DNA of 64,000 nt from an uncultured Pseudomonadota bacterium (GTDB taxonomy: Bacteria > Oederibacteriota > Muellerivitia > Muellerivitales > Muellerivitaceae), in the NCBI GenBank assembly GCA_963836235.1, contig CAWIIP010000004.1, positions 736,001 to 800,000 on the forward strand, written 5' to 3'. The notes under the pieces were generated by a model. It was not told the origin of the DNA and searched no databases. It was given only the letters and a program-made list of their open reading frames with translations. The position numbers and the translations under genes are program-made. Of this stretch, positions 60,544 through 64,000 are shown piece by piece. Positions within the stretch are counted from its first letter, which is position 1. Each line of letters opens with the position of its first letter.

Positions 60544-61521
60544 TTGAACTCAGCAACTGAAGAGACTTTGATTCGAAACGAGGGGGCCGGAAGACCGGCT
60601 CTCTCGTTTTTTTCTTATGGGTTCGGTGATAGGCTCTTTAAGGGGATGACGATTTTCTTTGCGTCTTTAGTATTGCTGTTGGCAATTGTGACGGCCGGCA
60701 GTCTTTTCATTACTTCTCAAGCCTCCATCAAGGCTTTTGGCTGGTCCTTTTTAACGACTTCAGATTGGGATCCCATCAAACAAGTATTTGGTGCGGTTCC
60801 GTTTATTTACGGAACGATTGTTTCTTCTTTCTTGGCCCTTTTGATCGCGACTCCCTTGGGTCTTGGGATTTCACTATTTCTTACTGAGCTGGCTCCTCAA
60901 CGTTTCCGGGACCCGGTTGCTTTTTTAGTGGAAACTTTGGCGGCTATTCCCAGTGTGGTTTATGGCTTATGGGGTATGTTTGTCCTAGCACCTTTCATGC
61001 GGGTGCATGTGGACCCCTTTTTAAGCCGTTTTGGAACACCTTTTTTTAAAGGACCTTCCACGGGGCTTTCTCTCTTCACTGCGGGTGTTATTCTCTCCAT
61101 AATGATTCTTCCCACGATAACCTCTATCAGCCGGGAAGTTTTTGAGGCTGTTCCCAATGCCTACCGTGAATCTGCCCGGGCTCTTGGGGCTACCAGTTGG
61201 GAGACCATGCGTTTATCGGTACTGGAAATTTCCAAGCCGGGGGTAGTGGGTGCCGTCATGTTGGCTATGGGCCGCGCTTTGGGGGAGACCATGGCGGTAA
61301 CTATGGTTATCGGCAACAATCCCCAAGTTTCAATTAACCTCCTTGCTGGTGCCCATAGCATGGCCAGCGTCATTGCCAACGAATTCACGGAAGCCAATGG
61401 GGACATTTATCTTGCGGCTCTTTCTGAAATAGGTCTTTTGTTGATGGCGATTACCTTGGCGCTCAACATCGCTGCCCATCTGCTAGTTTGGGCGACAACC
61501 CGTAAATTTACGAAGGCTTAA
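60544..61521 (+). CDS. pstC: Phosphate ABC permease
   Basis: AAIPSVVYGLWG, RALGETMAVTMVIGN, VIANEF. Confidence 0.96.
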   Translation: MNSATEETLIRNEGAGRPALSFFSYGFGDRLFKGMTIFFASLVLLLAIVTAGSLFITSQASIKAFGWSFLTTSDWDPIKQVFGAVPFIYGTIVSSFLALLIATPLGLGISLFLTELAPQRFRDPVAFLVETLAAIPSVVYGLWGMFVLAPFMRVHVDPFLSRFGTPFFKGPSTGLSLFTAGVILSIMILPTITSISREVFEAVPNAYRESARALGATSWETMRLSVLEISKPGVVGAVMLAMGRALGETMAVTMVIGNNPQVSINLLAGAHSMASVIANEFTEANGDIYLAALSEIGLLLMAITLALNIAAHLLVWATTRKFTKA

Positions 61522-61522
61522 A

Positions 61523-62380
61523 ATGCGAAAACTGGACTTTCAAACCCGAAGACTTTACATCGACAGGCTCATGGTAGGTCTTTGTGGCTTGGCCGCAATA
61601 TTGGCGGTCATCCCCTTAGTCAGTTTATTATGGTATGTATTGGAACAAGGCATAACGGCCTTAAGGCCTGGGTTCTTTATCCACCTTCCGACCCCTGTGG
61701 GGGTGGAGGGAGGAGGGATGGCCAATGCTTTGGTAGGGACAATTACTCTTGTTTTGATCGCATGTTGTGTGGGCTTGCCCGTTGGGATATTTTCTGGTAT
61801 TTACCTTGCGGAATACGGTAAAAAAAATAATTTCGCCTGGCTGGTACGGTTTACGGCCGACGTGCTTTCGGGGGTTCCTTCAATCGCGACCGGCATTGTG
61901 GCCTATGGGCTTTTGGTCAAGACCATGGGGCATTTTTCGGCGATCGCTGGGGGAGTGGCACTTGGGTTCATGATGATCCCGATCGTTACCCGAACTACTG
62001 AGGAACTAGTGAAAATGGTACCCCATTCCTTGCGAGAGGCTTCTTGGGCCTTGGGAGTACCTCAGTGGAAAACAGTTTTAAGCATTGTGATCCGTACCGC
62101 CAAAAACGGTATTTTGACCGGAGTGCTCCTTTCTGTCGCCAGGGTAGCGGGAGAAACGGCGCCCCTTTTATTTACTTCCTTCAATAATCAATTTTGGCCA
62201 AAAGGCATTAACGAACCCACGGCTTCCTTGACGGTACAAGTGTTTACTTACGCCATCTCTCCCTATGACGATTGGCATCGGCAGGCTTGGACAGGAGCGC
62301 TTGTACTATTGATCTTGGTTTTGTCGGTGAATCTGGGTGCGAAGCTATTTTTTAAGAACCCGAGGAGTTTGCTCCGTTAA
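61523..62380 (+). CDS. pstA: Phosphate ABC permease
   Basis: IYLAEYG, LSGVPSI, LREASWALG, ARVAGETAPLLFT. Confidence 0.96.
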   Translation: MRKLDFQTRRLYIDRLMVGLCGLAAILAVIPLVSLLWYVLEQGITALRPGFFIHLPTPVGVEGGGMANALVGTITLVLIACCVGLPVGIFSGIYLAEYGKKNNFAWLVRFTADVLSGVPSIATGIVAYGLLVKTMGHFSAIAGGVALGFMMIPIVTRTTEELVKMVPHSLREASWALGVPQWKTVLSIVIRTAKNGILTGVLLSVARVAGETAPLLFTSFNNQFWPKGINEPTASLTVQVFTYAISPYDDWHRQAWTGALVLLILVLSVNLGAKLFFKNPRSLLR

Positions 62381-62448
62381 TTAAATAAATGAATAGGATT
62401 GTCCGGAACGCTTGAAGGCTCTCCGGAGGAGACTAACCGAGGTGAAGG

Positions 62449-63333
62449 ATGGGACCTATGATTGATGAAGTGGCAGAAAAAGAAAAAAAGGAAAAGAAAA
62501 TCGTGGAAACTCAGGAATCCAAACAGGAAATCCGCAAAATCGCTGTGGCCCACCAAGAGCCAGAAAATGGAAATAAACCACTAAAAATGAAGGCGGAGGG
62601 CATTTGCGCGTGGTTCGGTACCAAACAGGCCCTATTCGATGTGAACATGACTATCTTCGCAAAAGAAGTTACCGCCATTATCGGGCCATCGGGTTGCGGT
62701 AAGTCCACCTTAATCCGTTGTTTTAACCGGATGCATGAAACCGTTCCTGGTTCCAAGTTCGCGGGGGATATCTTTTTGGAAACAACCAGCATATTTGACC
62801 CGAGGATGGATCCTGTCGCCGTTCGTCGGCGTATTGGGATGGTTTTCCAAAAGCCTACACCCTTTCCCACTCTTTCGATCTTCGATAATGTGGCCGTTGG
62901 TTTACGTTTGAACGGTGTCAGGGATAAAAAGGTTTTAGACGAGGTAGTAGAAAAGAGTCTCCGCAAGGCGGCACTTTGGGAAGAAGTGAAGGATTCTCTC
63001 CATAAGGCTGGCGGAGCCCTTTCAGGCGGTCAGCAACAGCGGCTTTGCATTGCCCGAGCTTTGGCCATCGACCTTGAAGTGCTTTTGATGGACGAGCCCT
63101 GTTCCGCGCTGGACCCTATTTCCACGACTAAGATTGAGGAATTGATTCACGAACTTCGGCAGAACTATACCATCATCATCGTTACGCATAATATGCAGCA
63201 AGCGGCCCGCGTTTCACAAAAGACGGCTTTCATGTTGAACGGCAAATTAATCGAATATGACGCGACGGAAAAAATGTTCACCAATCCGTCAAATAAATTG
63301 ACGGAAGATTACATAACAGGTCGTTTCGGTTGA
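62449..63333 (+). CDS. pstB: Phosphate ABC ATPase
   Basis: [45 protein letters not shown]. Confidence 0.97.
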   Translation: MGPMIDEVAEKEKKEKKIVETQESKQEIRKIAVAHQEPENGNKPLKMKAEGICAWFGTKQALFDVNMTIFAKEVTAIIGPSGCGKSTLIRCFNRMHETVPGSKFAGDIFLETTSIFDPRMDPVAVRRRIGMVFQKPTPFPTLSIFDNVAVGLRLNGVRDKKVLDEVVEKSLRKAALWEEVKDSLHKAGGALSGGQQQRLCIARALAIDLEVLLMDEPCSALDPISTTKIEELIHELRQNYTIIIVTHNMQQAARVSQKTAFMLNGKLIEYDATEKMFTNPSNKLTEDYITGRFG

Positions 63334-63389
63334 TCTGAAGGTGGGTTAAAATGGGAAACGTCCAAACAGGAATAATGGAAGGGAAAAGT

Positions 63390-64000
63390 ATGCCAATATC
63401 TTTTGATGAAGAGCTGGATGGTTTGAAGGAAAAAATCCTGCTAATGGGAAGCAAGGTGGAGGAGGCCATTCGCCTATCCTTGAAGTCTTTGGTTGACCGC
63501 GACTCCAAACTCGCCCGGCAAGTTATTCAAAGCGACCGGGACATTAACGATCTTGAAATTGAAGTGGATGAGATGTGTCATCGTTTGCTGGCCTTGCATC
63601 AGCCTATGGCCAGCGACATGCGCTTTGTTACCAGCGCCATGAAGATCAATTCGGATCTTGAACGCATGGGAGACATGGCTGTCAATATCGCCGAGCGAGC
63701 CCTCACCTTGAACGAGGTCGCTCCTTTGAAGCCTTTCATCGACATTCCTCACATGGCGGCTATCGCGCAGGAAATGGTGAAGGTTTCCCTGGATTCCCTT
63801 GTTAATAAGGATCCTGTCGCGGCCAAAAAAGTCTGCGAACGGGATGATGAAGTGGACAACCTAAACGATCAAATTATCCGCGAACTTATCAGCTATATGC
63901 TGGAAGATCGGGCCAACATCAAGAGGGCCCTGGACTTGATTCTGGTTTCCCGCTACCTCGAACGCATTGCCGACCACGCCACGAATATCGGCGAAGACGT
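63390..64000 (+). CDS. phoU: Phosphate signalling protein PhoU (runs off the window end; absent from the ORF track)
   Basis: Manual translation MPISFDEELDGLKEKILLMGSKVE..QPMASDMRFV..SDLERMGDMAVNIA..LERIADHATNI. In-frame ATGs also at 63351 and 63375. Confidence 0.95.
   Translation, partial: MPISFDEELDGLKEKILLMGSKVEEAIRLSLKSLVDRDSKLARQVIQSDRDINDLEIEVDEMCHRLLALHQPMASDMRFVTSAMKINSDLERMGDMAVNIAERALTLNEVAPLKPFIDIPHMAAIAQEMVKVSLDSLVNKDPVAAKKVCERDDEVDNLNDQIIRELISYMLEDRANIKRALDLILVSRYLERIADHATNIGED

Noticed and set aside
63278-63752. Minus-strand ORFs at the window end
   Set aside because: Antisense to pstB/phoU, and phoU is clearly encoded on the plus strand.

Overview
A gene-dense window from a diderm bacterium, probably a poorly characterised lineage. 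I found no rRNA, tRNA, CRISPR array or transposase. It has five blocks. (1) 1-13043: a candidate glycan-uptake locus with three tandem outer-membrane beta-barrel genes (the two complete ones have SLH-like plus coiled-coil N-termini), two CBM11/CIA30-like lipoproteins, a sugar-binding ABC lipoprotein, a clan GH-A glycosidase and a SASA-type acetylesterase. (2) 13219-24347: two ~1400-aa secreted Thr/Pro-stalk proteins with unrelated heads and an apparently identical ~1.7 kb C-terminal DNA block, flanking an oppositely oriented two-gene unit. (3) 24546-43403: an 8-PAS histidine kinase and sigma54 activator, followed by a chemosensory cluster with three sigma54 promoters, a shared enhancer palindrome and an unrecognised ~95-aa domain in three copies. 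(4) 43560-50372: ROK/polyP glucokinase, a second sugar-binding protein, a CE7 esterase and assorted genes. (5) 50560-64000: a Pho regulon (phoBR, ppx plus a tandem thymidylate-kinase-like pair resembling heteromeric PPK3, PAP2, porin, pstSCAB, partial phoU) with recognisable Pho boxes. All calls come from motif recognition by eye; no database search was run.
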